DNA of 64,000 nucleotides, from NCBI GenBank assembly GCA_002633005.1, contig NMRA01000069.1, positions 298,422-362,421 of the forward strand, given 5' to 3'. The stretch is from Phoronis australis (taxonomy: Eukaryota; Animalia; Phoronida). The position numbers were made by a program, and so were the translations under genes. The notes below the pieces were generated by a model that did not search any database, was not told the origin of the DNA, and was given only the letters and a program-made list of their open reading frames with translations. This document shows positions 39,501 through 50,920 of the stretch, one piece after another (position 1 is the stretch's first letter; each line of letters starts with the position of its first letter).

Positions 39501-42500
39501 GCCACAGACAGAGCCACAATTCACAAACTTGAAATTCTTTGACAAAGACAAGACAGTACGAACACTGACTGGAAATAATGCTTGTGTGAAGATGTTTGCT
39601 TGAAACTTACAGACATGGCCATACAGCCTTGTGGAAGGGGAGAATTCAGTGTTTTCCACAGTAAAAATGGCAAACTCGAGGGAAAATGTCATTTGACTGT
39701 ACATCAGATGGGATGTCCAAGATACAGTAAAGTAAACATTTTCATAAATTTGGACAAGGGGCAATTCATGTTTTCAAGTATGTACACCAAGATTGGCGTT
39801 TCAAAAGACTTGTTTTTCAGTGACACTTGCAAACAGGACAGTTGTCTTATTTTAGCCACTAGGTGTCACCATAAGATAATTTAACTCAAAAATTCTAGAT
39901 ATTATGTAAAAGCTATACAGCTGTCTCAAAAAGTTTTGTTAATGAAAGAATTTTCAGACCATGGAGAACATTGAATGAAAGTGATGCGGCCTTTTTGTTT
40001 AGCTGGTCCAGGGCTCGACATAACGAGCTGCAGGATGCATTTGAGACCCGAAATTTGAAATGCGAGCTGAGATTTTGGCCAACTCACAGTAGTCAGACTT
40101 AGGCAAGACGAATTTTCATGCCAAAGGCCAATTACATCTAAGTGCACTGATGTGAAACTTTTAATAACCCTAGAACCAATGACATAATTGGCGTACCAAT
40201 TGTCAGCTAAAGGCGACCACTGAATTAAATGGACAATTGTCTTCTACTCAGGAAACTTGAATAGCTCACTTGCGAGTTTCTCGCTAGTCACTCTGACGTC
40301 ACCGGAAAGGGGGCAAAACCCGCCATATTGCTCTTGTTTTGCCCCGAGTCTTTGCTACACACGAAAAAACTTACTGGAGTTCTTATGGTGAATTTAACGC
40401 TTAAAACGTTAAAACAACTTAAGATATGGTAGATGGGTCGTGGAATAACTGTGATTAGACGAAGAAAATGTGACCTTGTCATGTAGTGCGAAGCTGTGAA
40501 CGGACTGAAATTGGAACTTAACCCGCTCTAGGCCTGAATGGCGCAGGCATACAGGGGCGATAGTGTATCCCCATAAAAAGATATTCACTTCAAAATACAG
40601 CAAATGAAATCAAATGAAACATGCATGTGTGCACATGAAGTTATAATTAACACATACCCTGACTCTGGACACAATTTAGTCTACAAATAACTTTAGCATA
40701 TTCATGAAAACCTCGCGGTTCTCTCGAGTTTCTCTCACTACAGAGCCGCCATTTTGAAGAAGTTACGTGAAATCACGCCTGTTGACGAACAAAAAGTCCA
40801 AGGGACACAAATCTTACAAATTTCACTTGATATTTTCTCATGCTATTTTGCAAGTGTCACGCGCCAGGTCACGCGCCAGATCTCGCGCTTCGCTCAGTCT
40901 CGCGCTAGCCTTTGCCTCGCCTTACTCAGTTGAACTACTTGATTGTGGTAATCGCGCGCGCGGACAAAGTTAACAGTAACCACAAAGTGGAGTTGGAATT
41001 CTTCGCCTAAGTCACCTGAATTCCCGTATATATGCTTCATCGAAGATATACTTAGAAGCAGAAAGAGTCACTGAAGAAAGTAAGAGCCTTTTAGGTGCTA
41101 ATTTTAGGTGTAGAATGTATTTTCGACGAGGTGAAAACTTTACCAGTGAGCGGATTTCGCCTACCGCCCGTTTAAAATACACGGGACGTAATTAGTACAG
41201 AACGCGATAGAACGTATTGTAGTGCGAATCTGAAGTTCATTTGCCATAACAGCAATGCTTTTGGACATTTTTCGAACTAAACGGCTAAAAACTCAAAGAC
41301 AATAACAGAATACACTCTGCTACCGTATTGGGCAAATGACCAAACGACAAGCTTTTGCCCCACTTCCCGTGACGTCAAAGTTAAGTCTCACATAATCTCG
41401 CGTTATTGTTATAAACTCGCAAAAGGCCTATTTCCATCTGCCTAATGTCTGTCAAGAAAATTGCGAGCTGGGGATTTTAGCCAGGTAGCTAACAACGACC
41501 TAGTGATTTGCATATCATCAATGACTGTGTTTGTAATATTTTTAACAGGTTGCAAGCCATTCAAATGTGTCACAAGGGCAGGCTAACAGGTGCAACCGAC
41601 ACATTATAACAGGTTTAGGAAGACACTGCAGATGCCCCCTTTCTTCAGAATCATGAAAACTTCCAGCAAATAAAAAATTAAAAATCCATCATTCGGTCCC
41701 TAACTGAAAAATATGCTTACGTTCATAGGTATAGCACCAAGTACGAAAATTTTGCTTTCACTTAAGATTATGTCAATCAACAAGTTTTCTGACACACAAT
41801 TTGCCTTAACTTCCCAACCGTAACACTAATGAATGAACAATACCAACCGTCATGTAACGGTCCAATAACGGTCTTGGCCATGAACCCCCTTTCCCCACAC
41901 AACAAAATTAATAACGAAGGGTATGCAAGCTTTTGATGTTACCCTCAGTAAAACGACACAGATAAGTGCCAATGTTGGAGAGATATTTATCTGAGTTCCA
42001 AAGAAATAATTATAAGATGATCAGCGACATATTAAACTTTTTAAAAATTTTGTTGTTACTTAAATGCCAACTGAGCATCAAAACTGCAAATGTCTGACAC
42101 GTTTTGTCAGTAGCAAATTAGTTTCATTGGTCACCAATTCCTCAGAGATTTATCTCATAGTTCCGTGCTTTCAAAAGCTTAAGGAAATTATGGTAACATA
42201 GACAGATTCAAAACACCTTGAATGACTCCGAGACTATTTCGAGAGGAAAATTTTCGAAAATTTTGCAAATATAACAGGTGCAAGGCCCTACAAGGAAATC
42301 GAAAACTTCCGAGTGTATTTTAAGACTTTTTGGAAACGCCCTCGACAGCGTTACATGCAAATTGCTCACCCAAAGTTTTCTTGCACAGAAACACAAAAAC
42401 ACAGCGTTAGGCTAACAAGCACATAAGAAGCAGAACATCTTAATTACCTTTCCATTAAAACCTTGATCAAGTAACAGTAACTTTAGCAGCATCCTCTCTT

Positions 42501-45500
42501 TTTTCATTTCCTCTTCCTGTCTCTTCTTCCTCTCCTCCTTTTTTCTTTGCACCGGATGACTCGGATCAGGTCGGTACGTTTTGTAGTTATCTGGTGACGT
42601 AAGTCCAAACACAGTGCAGAGGTGTTTCTTGTAATAGTAGCCCTTCTCCTCTAGGCCGGCGATCGGTGCAATGTGGAAGGGTATCTCCTGTAAATCTTTC
42701 TTCACCGTCGGGTAGTACGGGATGAAGAGATTTTTATACTGCGTGTCCATCAAACACTTGTACAGTGCAGCATAATTTGCTTGTTTGAACATCTCGCCCC
42801 CGTAACGATTGAATAACCTCATGGTCTGACACAGCTTCTGTGACATGTAGAGCAGATAGACAGTGCTGTGCTTAAAGGCATATTCATACGTCTCCAGATC
42901 ATGTTTGAAAGCAGGACATATACTCACATCATCATACATACACCCAACCAGTCCATAAGTTCCCAGCTTCTCATGCAACCTTTCTGCACCTACTCTATCC
43001 TCCTCAATGAAAATCAGAGTGTAATCATATTCTGTTGGACTATGTGCCTCGATCACTCCATTTGGTGGCTGGGAATACACAGCTACAATGGAACAGTCAG
43101 AACGTGATTGACAATCATGGTTCCAGCAAGGCTTTAGCATATAAGAAATGCTGCCTAAAAATGCAACTGCAGAACAAAAGTGAAGTACATGAAAAATGAA
43201 ATAACTCGAGCAAACGGTGCGAGGCCCTCGACCTAAATGTGTAACTGCGATAAATATTCACTTGTTTGGAATAATCTCTAAAATTTGGAACACTGACATT
43301 CAAGTCGAAATTGCACTTATTGATGCTGACGATGAGGAAATGGGCAAATTTTTCATTCATCATGTTCCTTAAATTTGGGAGACTGCATTTTGCATCAACT
43401 GAATTTGAAAACTCTAACCAACACTCAGCAACTTCTAAAATCTTCCAATAAGGCCGCTGACACGTTGGCACGTGTTCCCATAGAATGTAATGTCGAGGTA
43501 AATATTTTCCAACCATGCCGGGATCTTCTCAAAATTCGGATAGTGCATATGGCTTCAAACGTTATAGTTTTAAGATCACAATATTATTTGCGAAAATAGA
43601 ATTCACATTTACGTCGCTTAGTTTTGTAAATTTGCAACTGGTGGCAAAAGCGTAGTTAGTGTGTTGTTCTAAGACAAAAATCACCCTAATTTTGGTTTAA
43701 AACCGAAAACCGACTTCGGGGTTATGAAACGAAACAATCTTGTCTGAATTTTTGTCTGTCTTAACAGAGCCGGAATTTCGGTCTTAACAAATATCATGAA
43801 AAGGGCCCCTGGGCTTGAACTCAAATCAGCCATTAGGACAGGCACTCATCCCCATTCTTGTTAAAGCCATGTTCAGCTTAATGCCCAAACCAATTTTGAG
43901 ATCTCAAAGTGAAGGCCTGGGGCATTAACATTGATGAATACCGTTAGGTGGTTTTAACCAAAAAGAAAAATTGCACATTCTCACAACTCATATGACTATC
44001 ACGTGGGAACAAAACAAGATTTTGGGATTGTCAGAAAAAAATTATTAAAATTCCCAAAAGGGGGAGTTCGGAACAAAAAGCGTAGTTGGTTCTAGTCCGC
44101 GGCCCACACAAATGTAGGCTAGTGACCTTATGACGCGGGCATAACCACCTGATCAATGTTCATCAACGACCCATTACGTTGCACACATTAATACTGCCAG
44201 CACTCACCCTACAAGCAAAACAAAGCATTGAAATGTGCTCACGACTGCATCGTAAACTGTATGCTTCTAGGAGTGTTGATCAGTATCACAAAAAAAAGGC
44301 TCTGTCGATTCCCTAACAGGAATCAATTTGCCAAATTTCATCAAATTTCCCTCAGGAACTTTAAAGATGTGGGGGAAATGAAAATACAATTTCCAGTACA
44401 AGGTACAACAGTAGTGGGATACATCTGACTGAAGTTGGTCATTGTTCTTACCTTCATAGGAATACACTTGGCAAAATTTCACAAAGTTCCCGATGGACGT
44501 TTAGGAGATATAGCGGGTGGAAAAAAATGGCATTAGGGGGGACCACAGTATTCAGGGCCGTTCGAAAATCAACGTCAGTCGCGTTGTCAAAAGCAAAACA
44601 AAAATATCTGACTGGCAATTTTCTTGATCTTCTGAGAATTTAGGCAGAGGTTAACGCCAAGAATAGAGACACAAAAATATTACACAAATGGCCACTAGGT
44701 GGCACACTCTATGTCAAATCTAACCGAAATTAAAAAGGGGATGTATTCTAAATAGAAACCTATCATGCAATCCTGTCACAGAACAATGAAGAAACAGAGG
44801 TTAACAAAAAATAATAAATTGCCACTAGGGGGCATACCAGAACTTAGTCAGATGCATCCAAACCAACCCTGCCTTTTGACATCACAGTTTTCCATGATTA
44901 CACAGCGTATGGGNACTCACACTACTGTCACTGTGATACGGGTCACCGACTCCAGCCATTTTCAGCTTACAACACTCTAAACAATCCCTAAATCCAACGT
45001 AGTTGAGTTCTCTACTAACCTATCTTGCCGCAGAATACTCGCCGATAGAAAGTGGTGGCGACAATTGTTGAAAAACAGCACAAAACAAAAGTAGAATAGA
45101 ACAGATTTGCACGGTAAAGTCAACGCAAAACCAAGTGGCAGGAAACGCTTGCCTCCTAAAACGTCACTTCCGGAGTAGCAGACGAGTGTTTAATAAAATT
45201 ACGAAAAGCTGTAATTAAATGGAAAATATGTCTAGGATAACCAACCAACCTTATTTTAGCTCAAACTGGCATGCAAAAAGGTTGCCTTCGCCTTTAAAGA
45301 TGTGGGGGAAATGAAAATACAATTTCCACTACAAGGTACAACTGTAGTGGGATACATCTGACTGAAGTTGGTCATTGTTCTTACCTTCATAGGAATACAC
45401 TTGGCAAAATTTCACAAAGTTCCCGATGGAGGTTTAGGAGATATAGCGGGTGGAAAAAAATGGCATTAGTGGGGACCACAGTATTCAGGGCCGTTCGAAA

Positions 45501-46074
45501 ATCAATGTCAGTCGCGTTGTCAAAGGCAAAACAAAAACATCTGACTGGCAATTTTCTTGATCTTCTGAGAATTTAGGCAGAAGTTAACGCCAAGAATACA
45601 GACACAAAAATATTACACAAATGGCCACTACGTGGCACACTCTATGTCAAATCTCAACCGAAATTAAAAAGAGGGTGTATTCTAAATAGAAACCTATCAT
45701 GCAATTCTGTCACAGAACAATGAAGATACAAAGGTTAACAAAAAATAATAAATTGCCACTAGGGGGCATACCAGAACTTAGTCAGATGCATCCAAACCAA
45801 CCCTGCCTTTTGACGTCACAGTTTTCCATGATTACACAGCGTATGGGATGGTGGCAACATGGGACATTTTGCAGAGTTGAACTATGTTAACATTTTCTTC
45901 CATCTCAGTGTACTAGTATATTAACTCCTAGGCTGTATTTTGGCATGGTAAACAACCTCAATCTGTCTGGTTTTATATTTTGAGCAACGTTTTGACCCTA
46001 AATCCCTAGTCTAATTGCTCACTTTCTCTTCTGGCGTCAACTTCTAAATCCTCATCAGGCAAACAGGCAGACAT
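33351..46074 (-). CDS. TICAM/TRIF-like TIR-domain adaptor with C-terminal RHIM-like motif, 6 coding exons, 400 aa
   Basis: Exons (minus) 46074-46023, 43082-42448, 39183-39102, 37883-37755, 33951-33842, 33545-33351. All are GT-AG with intron phases 1,0,1,1,0, giving 1203 nt. An in-frame TAA lies 3 codons before the ATG. The TIR (YDYTLIF..ED...A..L.EKL...G..G, AFKHSTVYLLYMS, FIPYYP, IAGLEEKG.YY) follows the TICAM pattern (YNFVILH..AD...A..V.EKL, AIDHSAFIILLLT, VIPFLP, LVRLDEHS..F). Confidence 0.8.
33842..33951 (-). CDS. TICAM-like coding exon 5
   Basis: tttctag|(G)GDEGSGRPRAQNVQQPVEQTGLKTSFPVTESMDPEK|gttgtt; phase 1 to 0. Confidence 0.72.
34610..34801. mobile_element. MITE (ATTGACCTAT...ATAGGTCAAT); inverted second copy at 46583-46776
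   Basis: TIRs and shared internal gtcaagaatg.tgcgttctgattggtca; contains the gap 34630-34654. Confidence 0.7.
35790..36295. repeat. Foldback built from ~21-bp subunits (gacttcaaaacca / tggttttgaagtc)
   Basis: The left arm 35790-36000 is the imperfect reverse complement of 36120-36295. Confidence 0.6.
37755..37883 (-). CDS. TICAM-like coding exon 4
   Basis: ttattacag|(A)SRQSMLGASADLEEDAADTHGHTGPPLADMDPRGAADGSDHP|gtatgt; GC-rich island, phase 1 to 1. Confidence 0.78.
39102..39183 (-). CDS. TICAM-like coding exon 3
   Basis: tttttatttaaag|DHAPVQAVGVTPHPNEEATHSFKFEEK|gttaac; phase 0 to 1, weak donor. Confidence 0.68.
40261..41431. mobile_element. Non-autonomous DNA transposon in TICAM-like intron 2
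   Basis: Ends atagctcacttgcgagttt and aaactcgcaaaaggcctat, with subterminal inverted tgacgtcac.ggaa..ggggcaaaa; CpG-rich interior. Confidence 0.55.
42448..43082 (-). CDS. TICAM-like coding exon 2: TIR domain and charged helix
   Basis: Lies within ORF 42412..43140; acceptor ccattgtag|, donor AAG|GTAATT; clear paralogue at 63137-63756. Confidence 0.9.
44359..45847. repeat. ~555-bp near-identical direct duplication (44359-44913 / 45292-45847) joined at an N
   Basis: The copies are near-identical; n at 44914; the unique spacer ends ...CCTTCGCCT|TTAA. Confidence 0.85.
46023..46074 (-). CDS. TICAM-like coding exon 1 (MSACLPDEDLEVDARRE)
   Basis: Strong acceptor ttgtttttgtttttag| at 46198, upstream in-frame stop, and donor A|GTGAGC in phase 1 matching the TIR exon. 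Confidence 0.68.
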
Positions 46075-46582
46075 GTTTCTTTACGTTTTCAGATGCTCAG
46101 CCAAAACACATCTCGTCTAAAGCCTCACTATTTCATTTCCTCTCCACCAACGTGTAAACAATCCAACGCAAACCTTTTTCCGGTGCACTTTCAACACCCT
46201 AAAAACAAAAACAATACATAAACATGTGTACTCATATTTACTAACCAAATAATTTCCTTTACAAACACAAGTTCAATGACGTTTGAGTGTGCTTTGGGAG
46301 GATATTTCTCACACGGCCATTTTGTGTGGCTTCTTGCTCTTGGTTCCAAATCAATCATCAGACGAGAAAATCTCATTCATCTTCATAGAGATAGGCACCA
46401 AAATGTAAATCCGTGGATGACGTCCGTAATGCTGAGAAAGGACGCTTTACAGCTGTAGTTGTGGTCAAATTTACAAGAATTCTTTAAAAAAAAACATTAA
46501 AATTTAGACCATGAACTTTTCAAATGTCTTATTTCAAAGTGATTTTGCAATGAACAAGTTACTCATCCCTGTTCAAGTAGCT

Positions 46583-46776
46583 AATTGACAGACCTATTGC
46601 CAGGATTTTGAGTGACAGCTTAACTGACCAATCAGAACGCAGCATTCTTGACACTCCTTTGTTTCCAAGACGCCATGTTCCCCGACAAACAACAAGTTGT
46701 CCGGTAAAACTTTCTGTTTGTTTGTCGGGTACCACGTGACTTTTCGCAAGGAGGTGGAGCTTGCAATAGGTCAATT
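46583..46776. mobile_element. MITE, second copy of the 34610-34801 family
   Basis: aattgacagacctattgc...ttgcaataggtcaatt with shared internal sequence in reverse orientation. Confidence 0.7.
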
Positions 46777-48103
46777 TGAGCGCATGTGTGAAGACCCCGT
46801 GGTCTGTTTCATGAAAAGCGATTATAACTTAGAACAGAAATTTGGTCTTACGTTCCCAATTCAAAATTGTAAAATGAAGGTTTCGTAACGTAGTTATTAA
46901 TACACCACTGCCTGGAAATAATTTGTACATTTTTTCAGTAATTAAAAATGATGGGTCTATTCTCTGATAGTTAATTCTTTGGCTCAAGTGAGTTTGGATT
47001 ATTTCTCAGAAATATTGATGTAGAGCACAAGACCAAACTTCTGTCTTTAAGTTTTAAGTCACTTTTCATAAAACAAATCCCTGATTTGACGTTTTCAAAA
47101 TCGGACAATATGCTTTAGTAAACATATAATGTCTGCATTCTTCTCCATTTTGAAAATGAGGAATACATTTCAATAGTCCAAAGTAATAACAAGAACAATT
47201 ATATCTTTAGTAGAATTTGACAACAGTGTAGAGCTGCCATCTTTTTAGTCAATACCGAATCTCTGCATAAACAATGTAGCTGATTGAGGGGGTCCAAGTT
47301 ATGGCCCACTTGATACACTACACAATGCACGAATGCAATGTGTGCTGTAATTTTGCCAGTGCCATATCTGATGGTTGGTGGGGTGTTTTTTTTAAGTGGT
47401 CACTAATTTTTTAAACAGGTCTGTCCATAAAAGAATCGGCAAATGTCTGGACTAAAATAAAATCAAGCCTACATGTTGAAAATAAATCGGACCCAGTTGC
47501 ATGGCCAACAAAATATTATGTATATTGTGTGCACAAACTATCTCAGTACATTCAGTTAAGCCACTGAAACTCCTCGGTGCCTTCATTCCGGTTTGATTTC
47601 AATCTGGTGAATTGCCGTATTGAAATCAACCTTACAAAAACACTCGGCCCCTGAAATTTCATATTAAACCCTCTCCTATGGTGGGCACTGGGCACGATAT
47701 GTTTTTTCTCTTAAAATGTCAGTCTTTGCCTTAATAATATCATGACTCAAATCCCCATTTGGTTTGATTACAGTAACCAGAGAATTGAACAAAGAGCTTG
47801 GTCCATCCACTCTTTTGATGACGTCTAGTTTCTCTAATTCTTTCAGTATCTTATTTGCTTTCAGACACTAATAAAAAGAAATTCATTTATTTTGCACTAC
47901 ATCTTGAATACACACGTACTATGAATTTGAAACTTCAGCTAGTAATTAGTTAGCCAATGTGCTCGAGGTCAAACAAAGATGTACAGAGGGTTATGGGAAC
48001 CCGTCTGCCAGCCACGACAACAGGGGGCAGCAGGCAGGGAACTAGGAGTCTAGTCACCATTTGTATCTTTTGAATGCAATTATGGAAACCTTTGGATACA
48101 GTG

Positions 48104-48854
48104 TAGACAGTAAGCCTTGTCTCTAGTGAACTACAGACGGTGAAGCTCCTATAGACGCTTCCTACACCAGAAGCTTTTCGGCAAATGATACGTCACACTG
48201 ATCAAAAGTCACGTTGTCATGAGTACCTTTTGCACATAGAGAAACACCTTAGGAAGCCGTCAATGTCTTTAATTCCTTCCAACTCGAACAAATACTTCCG
48301 TTATCAAACTTTTTCTTGGAACAGTCATTCGTTCAGTTCCCCAAATCGGCAACTGACCATTTTTATTATTGCGCGCGGCAGTTGGTATGACGTCATATCC
48401 CCTGACGTACACTGTGTAAAAATGGCCAGTTTCCTATTTTGGGAACTGAACGACAGACGGCTCCAAGAAAAAGTTTGATAAAAAATCTCGAGTATTTGTT
48501 CGAGTTGGAAGGAATTAAAGAAATCAACGGCCTCCTAAGGCTTCCCTCTTTGCGCAAAAGGCACTTGGAACAACATGACTTTGATGTATTAATCAGTGCG
48601 AGGCATAATTGGCCAAAAAGGCTGTGGCGTATGAAGCTCCTACAGTAGACAGTGGTAGGATATAGTGGTCCCTGATTTAGAGAACCAGGCAATCAGTGAA
48701 TAATGGGTTCGTTATTTAGTGGATGAAACTGGTTCTCTAAATCAGGGACCGCTATATCCGACCAGTGCCTAGACAGTGACCATCGTCCCACTGGCACCGA
48801 CTGTAGGAGAGTCATCATCTCTACTAGCCAGCTACAGAAGGTGGTCACTGTCTA
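48104..48854. mobile_element. TAG...CTA foldback element (same family as 33-961) with nested 126-bp TAG...CTA MITE at 48646-48771
   Basis: Termini TAGACAGT and ACTGTCTA; degenerate 9-bp TSD GATACAGTG (48095-48103) vs GATGCAGTT (48855-48863). The inner MITE has ~40-bp TIRs (ggtccctgatttagagaaccag). Confidence 0.75.
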
Positions 48855-50920
48855 GATGCAGTTGTATTCTTTAAATCCTTCCAGTTCAAACACTTTCACA
48901 ATCCATGCATATTTCTAAATAGTACTTCACTCAGTCAACGAAATTGAAGACTGAGCTCCATTACAGTCAGTGTGTTCAAGGTGAAAGGAAAACATAACGA
49001 GGATTATGGGGAGGTCAGCCATCAGCCAGTCACACCAAGAGGCAGCACCATCAATGGGGGACTTGTCTATTCTTCATACAGCTAGCTGTTTGGTTAAGCT
49101 CAGGGATATACCTAGGTTTCAAAACCCTGCTCGCCAGCTGGGCGAGTGAGGCAGAAAATCTACTCGCCCAGCCTGAAGTTCAGTCGCCCAGCCGTTTGCG
49201 TCACTTGCTGCCAATGTCAATAAAAATCATCGTTTCGTGTGTTGATGTCACCATCTATTAGGGCTAGTATCGTTTTTAGAAAATAAACTCCTACCAAGCA
49301 ACTTTTGACGTCGATGAATTCCAAGCAACACAAGACGTTGCCTTGGCGAAAAAGCTGCCGTGTAGTAATATAGGCTACATCTATGGCGCCAAGGTGGGTA
49401 AAAGACTGACCTGATAAAATCTGACATAAAAGTAGTTTTATTAAAAACTGCACTCTTCCTCACTCCTGACACCAAAATGGAAGCGCCCAACCAAAAGCAA
49501 CAGTGGAAGAAATCAACTAGTCATTAAGTGCAAGTCAAACATTCTGTTCACATCCGCGTGGTCAAAAACTTATTCTTTGAACTTTTGATTTGCCTGGTGA
49601 CTTTTTACATGATGTATGTTTGCTTCATTATTTTGGCAGCTGACCAAGCGCCCCTATGCGTAATAGTAATATCGTCCAATTGCTGAGCACGTGCTTTGAA
49701 CAAGCGCGGTTTTGGCTTTGAACCAAAAAAGAAATATAAAATGTTAAATTGTTCAAACTAAGTTTGAACAAAACAGTTAGAAAATCTGTCAATCATTAGC
49801 ACGTGTTCGGTTGCCTAGGTGTCCAGCGGAAGCAAATCTCTACAAAATCAAGTGCTCCCCTAAAAGTACAACACGAACTAGCGGAATCTTGCTCGATGTG
49901 TTTTTTCTCTCAAGAAAGTTGCCCTACTGAACGCACGCCTACGTACCTGTATGAATACCTTAGTTCCAAGAAATGACGAAGAGCCACCGAGGTACGTAAA
50001 AACCCAATCCCGCTCGGGATCACGACATCACTGTATCATGCTACGGGCCATCGGAAGTCCGTTACTTCAATCCCCCAACCTATCTTTTGACTGATATGCT
50101 TGAAGTCCGACGTCAGTGTAGCTCTGTGACGGTAAACTCGGTCCTCCGTGCAGTAAGGAACAACTCAAGACTTTTCAAAAATTTCAATTTTAACCGCCCA
50201 GCCTGTTTTTTAGATTCTCAATTTCACTTGCTGTGACCACATAGACTGGTCTTGCACCTTTCCCCCTTTTTCTTCGATTCGGACTAGTCCACGAATTCCT
50301 TTGTGCACGACCAACCACTGTGATTTCTTGTCTACATGAATCACGTAAGGGGTGACAGTCTACTGAATCGGTAGGAGCGCACTTTGCCGATGATTTTTTT
50401 ACTGCCGGAGCATCGACTTGCTGACCAAACTGAACCTTTGTTATCATGATAAAAACAGCACAAGGAGGAGAAAATTTGTTCATGTTTACCTGGGAAACGC
50501 TAAAGTCTTCTTGCGCTATGAAAATTCGCTCACCACCTGGGCAAGCGGAAAGACAATTTCCACTCGCTCAGCATCATTTTCACACACATTGGCGACTGGA
50601 CGAGTGGCTAAGTATATCCCTGAAGCTATGTGACCTAGAGCCCACAACCTATTGACATTTGTCTGTAATTATGTATCCAAGAAGAATTATTAATGGCAGA
50701 TTGGTACCAAAACAAACATCAAATTCTACAGGCATTCTACTTTCACAAATATTTACTGAGTCTGCTTTGTAGATATTTGGCTAAATATACAGACAACTTG
50801 ACAAGGTCCCAACATCAACCAGTTGTTAGCAATATAACATACAGCGATTCCTACTAACTCAGTACTACTGTACTATACTACTGCTGTACGTGAACTTGGA
50901 ATCTTGCTTAATCTCAAGAT

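Noticed and set aside
40280-41410. CpG-rich segment with YY1/CRE-like motifs as an internal promoter
   Set aside because: The motifs lie within and between inverted termini of a probable DNA transposon.
49940-50640. Minus-strand ORF 50190..50483 as an N-terminal exon of the TIR gene
   Set aside because: The ATG at 46074 has an upstream in-frame stop. The region has many stops, and only a faint resemblance (RPVYVVTASEIENLK, GFYVPRW) to decayed integrase-type element proteins; not supportable.
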